Of a stretch of DNA of 64,000 nucleotides, positions 12,901 to 27,100 are shown in pieces. Source of the stretch: the human T2T-CHM13v2.0 reference genome, Homo sapiens. The translations under genes were made by a program, and so were the position numbers. The stretch lies in assembly GCF_009914755.1 (NCBI RefSeq), contig NC_060945.1. One strand, 5' to 3'. The first letter of the stretch is position 1. Each line of letters begins with the position of its first letter. The notes beneath the pieces were generated by a model. That model ran no database searches. It was not told the origin of the DNA and saw only the letters and a list, made by a program, of their open reading frames with translations.

Positions 12901-15900
12901 GCTCCAAATGTCCACTTCCAGATTCTACCAAAAGAGTGTTTCAAACGTGCTCATAGTAAGGGAATGTTCAACTCTGTGACTTGAATGCAGATATCACCAA
13001 GTAGTTTCTAATAGTGCTTCTGTCTAGATTTTAGATGATGATATTCCCGTTTCCAACGAAATCGCTAGAGCTATCCAAATATCCAGTTACAGTTTCTACC
13101 AAAAGGGTGTTTCCAAATTGCTGCATCAAAAGAAAGGTTCAACTCTGTTAGTTGAGGACACACATCACAAAGAAGTTTGTGAGAATGCTTCTGTCTAGAT
13201 TTTGTATGACGATATTCCCTTTTCCAACGATATCGTTAAAGCAATCTAAATATCAATTTGCAGAATCCACAAAAATAGAGTTTCAAAGCTGCTCTGTAAA
13301 AAGAAAGGTTCCACTCTGTTAGCTGAGTACACACATCACAAACTTGTTTCTGAGAATCCTTCTGTCTCGTTTTTATGGGAAGATATTTACTTTTCCACCG
13401 TAGGCATCAAAGCGCTCCAAATGTCCACATCCAGATACTCCAGAACGAGTGTTTCAAACCTGCTCTATGAAAGGGAATCTTCAACTCTATGAGTTGAATG
13501 CAGACATCAGAAAGAAATTTCTGAGAATGCTGCTGTCTACCTTTTATTTGAATTCCCGCTTCCAACGAAATCCTCCAAGCTATCCAAATATCCACCTGCA
13601 TTTTCCACAACAAGAGTGTTTCAAAACTGCTCTATCAATAGAAATGTTCAACTCCTTTGGCTGGGTACACACATCACAAACAAGTTTCTGAGAATGCTTC
13701 TGTCTAGTTTTTATGGGAAGACGTTCCCTTTTTCACCAAAGGCATCAAAGCGCTCCAAATGTCCACTTCCAGACACTACAAAAAGAGTGTTTCCAACGTG
13801 CCCTAAGAAAGCGAATGTTCAACTCTGTGACTTGAATGCAGATATCACAAAGTAGTTTCTGAGAGGGCTTCTGTCTAGATTTTAGATGATGATATTCCCG
13901 TTTCCAACGAAATCATTAGAGCTATCCAAATATCCACTTACAGTTTCTACAAAAAGAGTGTTTCCAAACTGCTGCATCAAAAGAGAGGTTCCACTCTGTT
14001 AGCTGAGTACACACATCACAAACTTGTTTCTCAGAATCCTTCTGTCTCGTTTTTATGGGAAGATATTTACTTTTTCACCGTAGGCATCAAAGCGCTCCAA
14101 ATGTCCACATCCAGATACTCCAGAAAGAGTGTTTCAAACCTGCTCTATGAAAGGGAATCTTCAACTCTATGAGTTGAATGCAGACATCAGAAAGAAATTT
14201 CTGAGAATGCTGCTGTCTACCTTTTATTTGAATTCCCGCTTCCAACGAAATCCTCCAAGCTATCCAAATATCCACTTGCAGATTCCACAAAAAGAGTGTT
14301 TCAAAACTGCTCTCTATCAATGGCAAAGTTCAACTCTGTTAGTTGAGGACACATATCACCAACAAGTTTCTGAGAATGCTTCTGTCTATTTTTTATGGGA
14401 AGATATTTCCTTTTTCACCGTAGGCGTCAAGGCGATCGAAATGTCCACTTCCACAAACTACAAAAAGTGTGTTTCAAACCTGCTCTATGAAAGGCCATGT
14501 TCATCTCTATGAGTTGAATGGAAATATCCGAAAGAAATTTCTGGGAATGCTGCTGTCTAGTGTTTATACGAATTCCCGCTTCCAACGAAATCCTCAAAGC
14601 AATCCAAATATCCACTTGCAGAATCCACAAAAAGAGTGTTTCAAAACTGCTCTATCAATAGAAAGGTTCAACTCTTTTAGTTGAGTACACACATCACGAA
14701 CAAGTTTCTGAGAATGCTTCTGTCTGGCTTTTATTGGAAGACGTTTCCTTTTCACCAAAGGCATCAAAGCGCTCCAAATGTCCACTTCCAGATTCTTCCA
14801 AAAGAGTGTTTCAAACGTGCTCAAAGTAAGGGAATGTTCAACTCTGTGACTTGAATGCAGATATCACCAAGTAGTTTCTAATAGTGCTTCTGTCTAGATT
14901 TTAGATGATGATATTCCCGTTTCCAACGGAATCGTTAGAGCTATCCAAATATACAGTTACAGTTTCTACCAAAAGGGTGTTTCCAAATTGCTGCATCAAA
15001 AGAAAGGTTCAACTCTGTTAGTTGAGGACACACATCACAAAGAAGTTTGTGAGAATGCTTCTGTCTAGATTTTGTATGACGATATTCCCTTTTCCAACGA
15101 TATCGTTAAAGCAATCTAAATATCAATTTGCAGAATCCACAAAAATAGAGTTTCAAAGCTGCTCTGTAAAAAGAAAGGTTCCACTCTGTTAGCTGAGTAC
15201 ACACATCACAAACTTGATTCTGAGAATCCTTCTGTCTCGTTTTTATGGGAAGATATTTACTTTTCCACCGTAGGCATCAAAGCGCTCCAAATGTCCACAT
15301 CCAGATACTCCAGAACGAGTGTTTCAAACCTGCTCTATGAAAGGGAATCTTCAACTCTATGAGTTGAATGCAGACATCAGAAAGAAATTTCTGAGAATGC
15401 TGCTGTCTACCTTTTATTTGAATTCCCGCTTCCAACGAAATCCTCCAAGCTATCCAAATATCCACCTGCATTTTCCACAACAAGAGTGTTTCAAAACTGC
15501 TCTATCAATAGAAATGTTCAACTCCTTTGGCTGGGTACACACATCACAAACAAGTTTCTGAGAATGCTTCTGTCTAGTTTTTATGGGAAGACGTTCCCTT
15601 TTTCACCAAAGGCATCAAAGCGCTCCAAATGTCCACTTCCAGACACTACAAAAAGAGTGTTTCCAACGTGCCCTAAGAAAGCGAATGTTCAACTCTGTGA
15701 CTTGAATGCAGATATCACAAAGTAGTTTCTGAGAGGGCTTCTGTCTAGATTTTAGATGATGATATTCCCGTTTCCAACGAAATCATTAGAGCTATCCAAA
15801 TATCCACTTACAGTTTCTACAAAAAGAGTGTTTCCAAACTGCTGCATCAAAAGAGAGGTTCCACTCTGTTAGCTGAGTACACACATCACAAACTTGTTTC

Positions 15901-18186
15901 TCAGAATCCTTCTGTCTCGTTTTTATGGGAAGATATTTACTTTTTCACCGTAGGCATCAAAGCGCTCCAAATGTCCACATCCAGATACTCCAGAAAGAGT
16001 GTTTCAAACCTGCTCTATGAAAGGGAATCTTCAACTCTATGAGTTGAATGCAGACATCAGAAAGAAATTTCTGAGAATGCTGCTGTCTACCTTTTATTTG
16101 AATTCCCGCTTCCAACGAAATCCTCCAAGCTATCCAAATATCCACTTGCAGATTCCACAAAAAGAGTGTTTCAAAACTGCTCTCTATCAATGGCAAAGTT
16201 CAACTCTGTTAGTTGAGGACACATATCACCAACAAGTTTCTGAGAATGCTTCTGTCTATTTTTTATGGGAAGATATTTCCTTTTTCACCGTAGGCGTCAA
16301 GGCGATCGAAATGTCCACTTCCACAAACTACAAAAAGTGTGTTTCAAACCTGCTCTATGAAAGGCCATGTTCATCTCTATGAGTTGAATGGAAATATCCG
16401 AAAGAAATTTCTGGGAATGCTGCTGTCTAGTGTTTATACGAATTCCCGCTTCCAACGAAATCCTCAAAGCAATCCAAATATCCACTTGCAGAATCCACAA
16501 AAAGAGTGTTTCAAAACTGCTCTATCAATAGAAAGGTTCAACTCTTTTAGTTGAGTACACACATCACGAACAAGTTTCTGAGAATGCTTCTGTCTGGCTT
16601 TTATTGGAAGACGTTTCCTTTTCACCAAAGGCATCAAAGCGCTCCAAATGTCCACTTCCAGATTCTTCCAAAAGAGTGTTTCAAACGTGCTCAAAGTAAG
16701 GGAATGTTCAACTCTGTGACTTGAATGCAGATATCACCAAGTAGTTTCTAATAGTGCTTCTGTCTAGATTTTAGATGATGATATTCCCGTTTCCAACGGA
16801 ATCGTTAGAGCTATCCAAATATACAGTTACAGTTTCTACCAAAAGGGTGTTTCCAAATTGCTGCATCAAAAGAAAGGTTCAACTCTGTTAGTTGAGGACA
16901 CACATCACAAAGAAGTTTGTGAGAATGCTTCTGTCTACATTTTGTATGACGATATTCCCTTTTCCAACGATATCGTTAAAGCAATCTAAATATCAATTTG
17001 CAGAATCCACAAAAATAGAGTTTCAAAGCTGCTCTGTAAAAAGAAAGGTTCCACTCTGTTAGCTGAGTACACACATCACAAACTTGATTCTGAGAATCCT
17101 TCTGTCTCGTTTTTATGGGAAGATATTTACTTTTCCACCGTAGGCATCAAAGCGCTCCAAATGTCCACATCCAGATACTCCAGAACGAGTGTTTCAAACC
17201 TGCTCTATGAAAGGGAATCTTCAACTCTATGAGTTGAATGCAGACATCAGAAAGAAATTTCTGAGAATGCTGCTGTCTACCTTTTATTTGAATTCCCGCT
17301 TCCAACGAAATCCTCCAAGCTATCCAAATATCCACCTGCATTTTCCACAACAAGAGTGTTTCAAAACTGCTCTATCAATAGAAATGTTCAACTCCTTTGG
17401 CTGGGTACACACATCACAAACAAGTTTCTGAGAATGCTTCTGTCTAGTTTTTATGGGAAGACGTTCCCTTTTTCACCAAAGGCATCAAAGCGCTCCAAAT
17501 GTCCACTTCCAGACACTACAAAAAGAGTGTTTCCAACGTGCCCTAAGAAAGCGAATGTTCAACTCTGTGACTTGAATGCAGATATCACAAAGTAGTTTCT
17601 GAGAGGGCTTCTGTCTAGATTTTAGATGATGATATTCCCGTTTCCAACGAAATCATTAGAGCTATCCAAATATCCACTTACAGTTTCTACAAAAAGAGTG
17701 TTTCCAAACTGCTGCATCAAAAGAGAGGTTCCACTCTGTTAGCTGAGTACACACATCACAAACTTGTTTCTCAGAATCCTTCTGTCTCGTTTTTATGGGA
17801 AGATATTTACTTTTTCACCGTAGGCATCAAAGCGCTCCAAATGTCCACATCCAGATACTCCAGAAAGAGTGTTTCAAACCTGCTCTATGAAAGGGAATCT
17901 TCAACTCTATGAGTTGAATGCAGACATCAGAAAGAAATTTCTGAGAATGCTGCTGTCTACCTTTTATTTGAATTCCCGCTTCCAACGAAATCCTCCAAGC
18001 TATCCAAATATCCACTTGCAGATTCCACAAAAAGAGTGTTTCAAAACTGCTCTCTATCAATGGCAAAGTTCAACTCTGTTAGTTGAGGACACATATCACC
18101 AACAAGTTTCTGAGAATCCTTCTGTCTCGTTTTTATGGGAAGATATTTACTTTTCCACCGTAGGCATCAAAGCGCTCCAAATGTCC

Positions 18187-21100
18187 ACATCCAGATACTC
18201 CAGAACGAGTGTTTCAAACCTGCTCTATGAAAGGCCATGTTCATCTCTATGAGTTGAATGGAAATATCCGAAAGAAATTTCTGGGAATGCTGCTGTCTAG
18301 TGTTTATACGAATTCCCGCTTCCAACGAAATCCTCAAAGCAATCCAAATATCCACTTGCAGAATCCACAAAAAGAGTGTTTCAAAACCGCTCTATCAATA
18401 GAAAGGTTCAACTCTTTTAGTTGAGTACACACATCACAAACAAGTTTCTGAGAATGCTTCTGTCTGGCTTTTATTGGAAGACGTTTCCTTTTCACCAAAG
18501 GCATCAAAGCGCTCCAAATGTCCACTTCCAGATTCTTCCAAAAGAGTGTTTCAAACGTGGTCGAAGTAAGGGAATGTTCAACTCTGTGACTTGAATGCAG
18601 ATATCACCAAGTAGTTTCTAATAGTGCTTCTGTCTAGATTTTAGATGATGATATTCCCGTTTCCAACGAAATCGTTAGAGCTATCCAAATATCCAGTTAC
18701 AGTTTCTACCAAAAGGGTGTTTCCAAATTGCTGCATCAAAAGAAAGGTTCAACTCTGTTAGTTGAGGACACACATCACAAAGAAGTTTGTGAGAATGCTT
18801 CTGTCTAGATTTTGTATGACGATATTCCCTTTTCCAACGATATCGTTAAAGCAATCTAAATATCAATTTGCAGAATCCACAAAAATAGAGTTTCAAAGCT
18901 GCTCTGTAAAAAGAAAGGTTCCACTCTGTTAGCTGAGTACACACATCACAAACTTGTTTCTGAGAAACCTTCTGTCTCGTTTTTATGGGAAGATATTTAC
19001 TTTTCCACTGTAGGCATCAAAGCGCTCCAAATGTCCACATCCAGATACTCCAGAACGAGTGTTTCAAACCTGCTCTATGAAAGGGAATCTTCAACTCTAT
19101 GAGTTGAATGCAGAATCAGAAAGAAATTTCTGAGAATGCTGCTGTCTACCTTTTATTTGAATTCCCGCTTCCAACGAAATCCTCCAAGCTATCCAAATAT
19201 CCACCTGCATTTTCCACAACAAGAGTGTTTCAAAACTGCTCTATCAATAGAAATGTTCAACTCCTTTGGCTGGGTACACACATCACAAACAAGTTTCTGA
19301 GAATGCTTCTGTCTAGTTTTTATGGGAAGACGTTCCCTTTTTCACCAAAGGCATCAAAGCGCTCCAAATGTCCACTTCCAGACACTACAAAAAGAGTGTT
19401 TCAAACGTGCTCTAAGAAAACGAATGTTCAACTCTGTGACTTGAATGCAGATATCACAAAGTAGTTTCTGAGAGGGCTTCTGTCTAGATTTTAGATGATG
19501 ATATTCCCGTTTCCAACGAAATCATTAGAGCTATCCAAATATCCACTTACAGTTTCTACAAAAAGAGTGTTTCCAAACTGCTGCATCAAAAGAGAGGTTC
19601 CACTCTGTTAGCCGAGTACACACATCACAAACTTGTTTCTCAGAATCCTTCTGTCTCGTTTTTATGGGAAGATATTTACTTTTTCACCGTAGGCATCAAA
19701 GCGCTCCAAATGTCCACATCCAGATACTCCAGAAAGAGTGTTTCAAACCTGCTCTATGAAAGGGAATCTTCAACTCTATGAGTTGAATGCAGACATCAGA
19801 AAGAAATTTCTGAGAATGCTGCTGTCTACCTTTTATTTGAATTCCCGCTTCCAACGAAATCCTCCAAGCTATCCAAATATCCACTTGCAGATTCCACAAA
19901 AAGAGTGTTTCAAAACTGCTCTCTATCAATGGCAAAGTTCAACTCTGTTAGTTGAGGACACATATCACCAACAAGTTTCTGAGAATGCTTCTGTCTATTT
20001 TTTATGGGAAGATATTTCCTTTTTCACCGTAGGCGTCAAGGCGATCGAAATGTCCACTTCCACAAACTACAAAAAGAGTGTTTCAAACCTGCTCTATGAA
20101 AGGCCATGTTCATCTCTATGAGTTGAATGGAAATATCCGAAAGAAATTTCTGGGAATGCTGCTGTCTAGTTTTTATATGAATTCCCGCTTCCAACGAAAT
20201 CCTCAAAGCAATCCAAATATCCACTTGCAGAATCCACAAAAAGAGTGTTTCAAAACTGCTCTATCAATAGAAAGGTTCAACTCTTTTAGTTGAGTACACA
20301 CATCACAAACAAGTTTCTGAGAATGCTTCTGTCTGGCTTTTATTGGAAGACGTTTCCTTTTCACCAAAGGCATCAAAGCGCTCCAAAGGTCCACTTCCAG
20401 ATTCTTCCAAAAGAGTGTTTCAAACGTGCTCATACTAAGGGAATGTTCAACTCTGTGACTTGAATGCAGATATCACCAAGTAGTTTCTAATAGTGCTTCT
20501 GTCTAGATTTCAGATGATGATATTCCCGTTTCCAACGAAATCGCTAGAGCTATCCAAATATCCAGTTACAGTTTCTACCAAAAGGGTGTTTCCAAATTGC
20601 TGCATCAAAAGAAAGGTTCAACTCTGTTAGTTGAGGACACACATCACAAAGAAGTTTGTGAGAATGCTTCTGTCTACATTTTGTATGACGATATTCCCTT
20701 TTCCAACGATATCGTTAAAGCAATCTAAATATCAATTTGCAGAATCCACAAAAATAGAGTTTCAAAGCTGCTCTGTAAAAAGAAAGGTTCCACTCTGTTA
20801 GCTGAGTACACACATCACAAACTTGTTTCTGAGAATCCTTCTGTCTCGTTTTTATGGGAAGATATTTACTTTTCCACCGTAGGCATCAAAGCGCTCCAAA
20901 TGTCCACTTCCAGATTCTTCCAAAAGAGTGTTTCAAACGTGGTCGAAGTAAGGGAATGTTCAACTCTGTGACTTGAATGCAGATATCACCAAGTAGTTTC
21001 TAATAGTGCTTCTGTCTAGATTTTAGATGATGATATTCCCGTTTCCAACGAAATCGTTAGAGCTATCCAAATATCCAGTTACAGTTTCTACCAAAAGGGT

Positions 21101-24100
21101 GTTTCCAAATTGCTGCATCAAAAGAAAGGTTCAACTCTGTTAGTTGAGGACACACATCACAAAGAAGTTTGTGAGAATGCTTCTGTCTAGATTTTGTATG
21201 ACGATATTCCCTTTTCCAACGATATCGTTAAAGCAATCTAAATATCAATTTGCAGAATCCACAAAAATAGAGTTTCAAAGCTGCTCTGTAAAAAGAAAGG
21301 TTCCACTCTGTTAGCTGAGTACACACATCACAAACTTGTTTCTGAGAAACCTTCTGTCTCGTTTTTATGGGAAGATATTTACTTTTCCACTGTAGGCATC
21401 AAAGCGCTCCAAATGTCCACATCCAGATACTCCAGAACGAGTGTTTCAAACCTGCTCTATGAAAGGGAATCTTCAACTCTATGAGTTGAATGCAGAATCA
21501 GAAAGAAATTTCTGAGAATGCTGCTGTCTACCTTTTATTTGAATTCCCGCTTCCAACGAAATCCTCCAAGCTATCCAAATATCCACCTGCATTTTCCACA
21601 ACAAGAGTGTTTCAAAACTGCTCTATCAATAGAAATGTTCAACTCCTTTGGCTGGGTACACACATCACAAACAAGTTTCTGAGAATGCTTCTGTCTAGTT
21701 TTTATGGGAAGACGTTCCCTTTTTCACCAAAGGCATCAAAGCGCTCCAAATGTCCACTTCCAGACACTACAAAAAGAGTGTTTCAAACGTGCTCTAAGAA
21801 AACGAATGTTCAACTCTGTGACTTGAATGCAGATATCACAAAGTAGTTTCTGAGAGGGCTTCTGTCTAGATTTTAGATGATGATATTCCCGTTTCCAACG
21901 AAATCATTAGAGCTATCCAAATATCCACTTACAGTTTCTACAAAAAGAGTGTTTCCAAACTGCTGCATCAAAAGAGAGGTTCCACTCTGTTAGCCGAGTA
22001 CACACATCACAAACTTGTTTCTCAGAATCCTTCTGTCTCGTTTTTATGGGAAGATATTTACTTTTTCACCGTAGGCATCAAAGCGCTCCAAATGTCCACA
22101 TCCAGATACTCCAGAAAGAGTGTTTCAAACCTGCTCTATGAAAGGGAATCTTCAACTCTATGAGTTGAATGCAGACATCAGAAAGAAATTTCTGAGAATG
22201 CTGCTGTCTACCTTTTATTTGAATTCCCGCTTCCAACGAAATCCTCCAAGCTATCCAAATATCCACTTGCAGATTCCACAAAAAGAGTGTTTCAAAACTG
22301 CTCTCTATCAATGGCAAAGTTCAACTCTGTTAGTTGAGGACACATATCACCAACAAGTTTCTGAGAATGCTTCTGTCTATTTTTTATGGGAAGATATTTC
22401 CTTTTTCACCGTAGGCGTCAAGGTGATCGAAATGTCCACTTCCACAAACTACAAAAAGAGTGTTTCAAACCTGCTCTATGAAAGGCCATGTTCATCTCTA
22501 TGAGTTGAATGGAAATATCCGAAAGAAATTTCTGGGAATGCTGCTGTCTAGTTTTTATATGAATTCCCGCTTCCAACGAAATCCTCAAAGCAATCCAAAT
22601 ATCCACTTGCAGAATCCACAAAAAGAGTGTTTCAAAACTGCTCTATCAATAGAAAGGTTCAACTCTTTTAGTTGAGTACACACATCACAAACAAGTTTCT
22701 GAGAATGCTTCTGTCTGGCTTTTATTGGAAGACGTTTCCTTTTCACCAAAGGCATCAAAGCGCTCCAAAGGTCCACTTCCAGATTCTTCCAAAAGAGTGT
22801 TTCAAACGTGCTCATAGTAAGGGAATGTTCAACTCTGTGACTTGAATGCAGATATCACCAAGTAGTTTCTAATAGTGCTTCTGTCTAGATTTTAGATGAT
22901 GATATTCCCGTTTCCAACGAAATCGCTAGAGCTATCCAAATATCCAGTTACAGTTTCTACCAAAAGGGTGTTTCCAAATTGCTGCATCAAAAGAAAGGTT
23001 CAACTCTGTTAGTTGAGGACACACATCACAAAGAAGTTTGTGAGAATGCTTCTGTCTACATTTTGTATGACGATATTCCCTTTTCCAACGATATCGTTAA
23101 AGCAATCTAAATATCAATTTGCAGAATCCACAAAAATAGAGTTTCAAAGCTGCTCTGTAAAAAGAAAGGTTCCACTCTGTTAGCTGAGTACACACATCAC
23201 AAACTTGTTTCTGAGAATCCTTCTGTCTCGTTTTTATGGGAAGATATTTACTTTTCCACCGTAGGCATCAAAGCGCTCCAAATGTCCACATCCAGATACT
23301 CCAGAACGAGTGTTTCAAACCTGCTCTATGAAAGGGAATCTTCAACTCTATGAGTTGAATGCAGACATCAGAAAGAAATTTCTGAGAATGCTGCTGTCTA
23401 CCTTTTATTTGAATTCCCGCTTCCAACGAAATCCTCCAAGCTATCCAAATATCCACCTGCATTTTCCACAACAAGAGTGTTTCAAAACTGCTCTATCAAT
23501 AGAAATGTTCAACTCCTTTGGCTGGGTACACACATCACAAACAAGTTTCTGAGAATGCTTCTGTCTAGTTTTTATGGGAAGACGTTCCCTTTTTCACCAA
23601 AGGCATCAAAGCGCTCCAAATGTCCACTTCCAGACACTACAAAAAGAGTGTTTCAAACGTGCTCTAAGAAAGCGAATGTTCAACTCTGTGACTTGAATGC
23701 AGATATCACAAAGTAGTTTCTGAGAGGGCTTCTGTCTAGATTTTAGATGATGATATTCCCGTTTCCAACGAAATCATTAGAGCTATCCAAATATCCACTT
23801 ACAGTTTCTACAAAAAGAGTGTTTCCAAACTGCTGCATCAAAAGAGAGGTTCCACTCTGTTAGCTGAGTACACACATCACAAACTTGTTTCTCAGAATCC
23901 TTCTGTCTCGTTTTTATGGGAAGATATTTACTTTTTCACCGTAGGCATCAAAGCGCTCCAAATGTCCACATCCAGATACTCCAGAAAGAGTGTTTCAAAC
24001 CTGCTCTATGAAAGGGAATCTTCAACTCTATGAGTTGAATGCAGACATCAGAAAGAAATTTCTGAGAATGCTGCTGTCTACCTTTTATTTGAATTCCCGC

Positions 24101-27100
24101 TTCCAACGAAATCCTCCAAGCTATCCAAATATCCACTTGCAGATTCCACAAAAAGAGTGTTTCAAAACTGCTCTCTATCAATGGCAAAGTTCAACTCTGT
24201 TAGTTGAGGACACATATCACCAACAAGTTTCTGAGAATGCTTCTGTCTATTTTTTATGGGAAGATATTTCCTTTTTCACCGTAGGCGTCAAGGCGATCGA
24301 AATGTCCACTTCCACAAACTACAAAAAGAGTGTTTCAAACCTGCTCTATGAAAGGCCATGTTCATCTCTATGAGTTGAATGGAAATATCCGAAAGAAATT
24401 TCTGGGAATGCTGCTGTCTAGTGTTTATACGAATTCCCGCTTCCAACGAAATCCTCAAAGCAATCCAAATATCCACTTGCAGAATCCACAAAAAGAGTGT
24501 TTCAAAACCGCTCTATCAATAGAAAGGTTCAACTCTTTTAGTTGAGTACACACATCACAAACAAGTTTCTGAGAATGCTTCTGTCTGGCTTTTATTGGAA
24601 GACGTTTCCTTTTCACCAAAGGCATCAAAGCGCTCCAAATGTCCACTTCCAGATTCTTCCAAAAGAGTGTTTCAAACGTGGTCGAAGTAAGGGAATGTTC
24701 AACTCTGTGACTTGAATGCAGATATCACCAAGTAGTTTCTAATAGTGCTTCTGTCTAGATTTTAGATGATGATATTCCCGTTTCCAACGAAATCGTTAGA
24801 GCTATCCAAATATCCAGTTACAGTTTCTACCAAAAGGGTGTTTCCAAATTGCTGCATCAAAAGAAAGGTTCAACTCTGTTAGTTGAGGACACACATCACA
24901 AAGAAGTTTGTGAGAATGCTTCTGTCTAGATTTTGTATGACGATATTCCCTTTTCCAACGATATCGTTAAAGCAATCTAAATATCAATTTGCAGAATCCA
25001 CAAAAATAGAGTTTCAAAGCTGCTCTGTAAAAAGAAAGGTTCCACTCTGTTAGCTGAGTACACACATCACAAACTTGTTTCTGAGAAACCTTCTGTCTCG
25101 TTTTTATGGGAAGATATTTACTTTTCCACTGTAGGCATCAAAGCGCTCCAAATGTCCACATCCAGATACTCCAGAACGAGTGTTTCAAACCTGCTCTATG
25201 AAAGGGAATCTTCAACTCTATGAGTTGAATGCAGAATCAGAAAGAAATTTCTGAGAATGCTGCTGTCTACCTTTTATTTGAATTCCCGCTTCCAACGAAA
25301 TCCTCCAAGCTATCCAAATATCCACCTGCATTTTCCACAACAAGAGTGTTTCAAAACTGCTCTATCAATAGAAATGTTCAACTCCTTTGGCTGGGTACAC
25401 ACATCACAAACAAGTTTCTGAGAATGCTTCTGTCTAGTTTTTATGGGAAGACGTTCCCTTTTTCACCAAAGGCATCAAAGCGCTCCAAATGTCCACTTCC
25501 AGACACTACAAAAAGAGTGTTTCAAACGTGCTCTAAGAAAACGAATGTTCAACTCTGTGACTTGAATGCAGATATCACAAAGTAGTTTCTGAGAGGGCTT
25601 CTGTCTAGATTTTAGATGATGATATTCCCGTTTCCAACGAAATCATTAGAGCTATCCAAATATCCACTTACAGTTTCTATAAAAAGAGTGTTTCCAAACT
25701 GCTGCATCAAAAGAGAGGTTCCACTCTGTTAGCCGAGTACACACATCACAAACTTGTTTCTCAGAATCCTTCTGTCTCGTTTTTATGGGAAGATATTTAC
25801 TTTTTCACCGTAGGCATCAAAGCGCTCCAAATGTCCACATCCAGATACTCCAGAAAGAGTGTTTCAAACCTGCTCTATGAAAGGGAATCTTCAACTCTAT
25901 GAGTTGAATGCAGACATCAGAAAGAAATTTCTGAGAATGCTGCTGTCTACCTTTTATTTGAATTCCCGCTTCCAACGAAATCCTCCAAGCTATCCAAATA
26001 TCCACTTGCAGATTCCACAAAAAGAGTGTTTCAAAACTGCTCTCTATCAATGGCAAAGTTCAACTCTGTTAGTTGAGGACACATATCACCAACAAGTTTC
26101 TGAGAATGCTTCTGTCTATTTTTTATGGGAAGATATTTCCTTTTTCACCGTAGGCGTCAAGGCGATCGAAATGTCCACTTCCACAAACTACAAAAAGAGT
26201 GTTTCAAACCTGCTCTATGAAAGGCCATGTTCATCTCTATGAGTTGAATGGAAATATCCGAAAGAAATTTCTGGGAATGCTGCTGTCTAGTTTTTATATG
26301 AATTCCCGCTTCCAACGAAATCCTCAAAGCAATCCAAATATCCACTTGCAGAATCCACAAAAAGAGTGTTTCAAAACTGCTCTATCAATAGAAAGGTTCA
26401 ACTCTTTTAGTTGAGTACACACATCACAAACAAGTTTCTGAGAATGCTTCTGTCTGGCTTTTATTGGAAGACGTTTCCTTTTCACCAAAGGCATCAAAGC
26501 GCTCCAAAGGTCCACTTCCAGATTCTTCCAAAAGAGTGTTTCAAACGTGCTCATAGTAAGGGAATGTTCAACTCTGTGACTTGAATGCAGATATCACCAA
26601 GTAGTTTCTAATAGTGCTTCTGTCTAGATTTTAGATGATGATATTCCCGTTTCCAACGAAATCGCTAGAGCTATCCAAATATCCAGTTACAGTTTCTACC
26701 AAAAGGGTGTTTCCAAATTGCTGCATCAAAAGAAAGGTTCAACTCTGTTAGTTGAGGACACACATCACAAAGAAGTTTGTGAGAATGCTTCTGTCTACAT
26801 TTTGTATGACGATATTCCCTTTTCCAACGATATCGTTAAAGCAATCTAAATATCAATTTGCAGAATCCACAAAAATAGAGTTTCAAAGCTGCTCTGTAAA
26901 AAGAAAGGTTCCACTCTGTTAGCTGAGTACACACATCACAAACTTGTTTCTGAGAATCCTTCTGTCTCGTTTTTATGGGAAGATATTTACTTTTCCACCG
27001 TAGGCATCAAAGCGCTCCAAATGTCCACATCCAGATACTCCAGAACGAGTGTTTCAAACCTGCTCTATGAAAGGGAATCTTCAACTGTATGAGTTGAATG

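Noticed and set aside
19108-19464. 118-aa ORF MQNQKEISEN... present in 12 copies
   Set aside because: It is created by the 1-bp deletion gcaga(c)atc that shifts the frame. It is useful as a haplotype marker but is not evidence of a gene.
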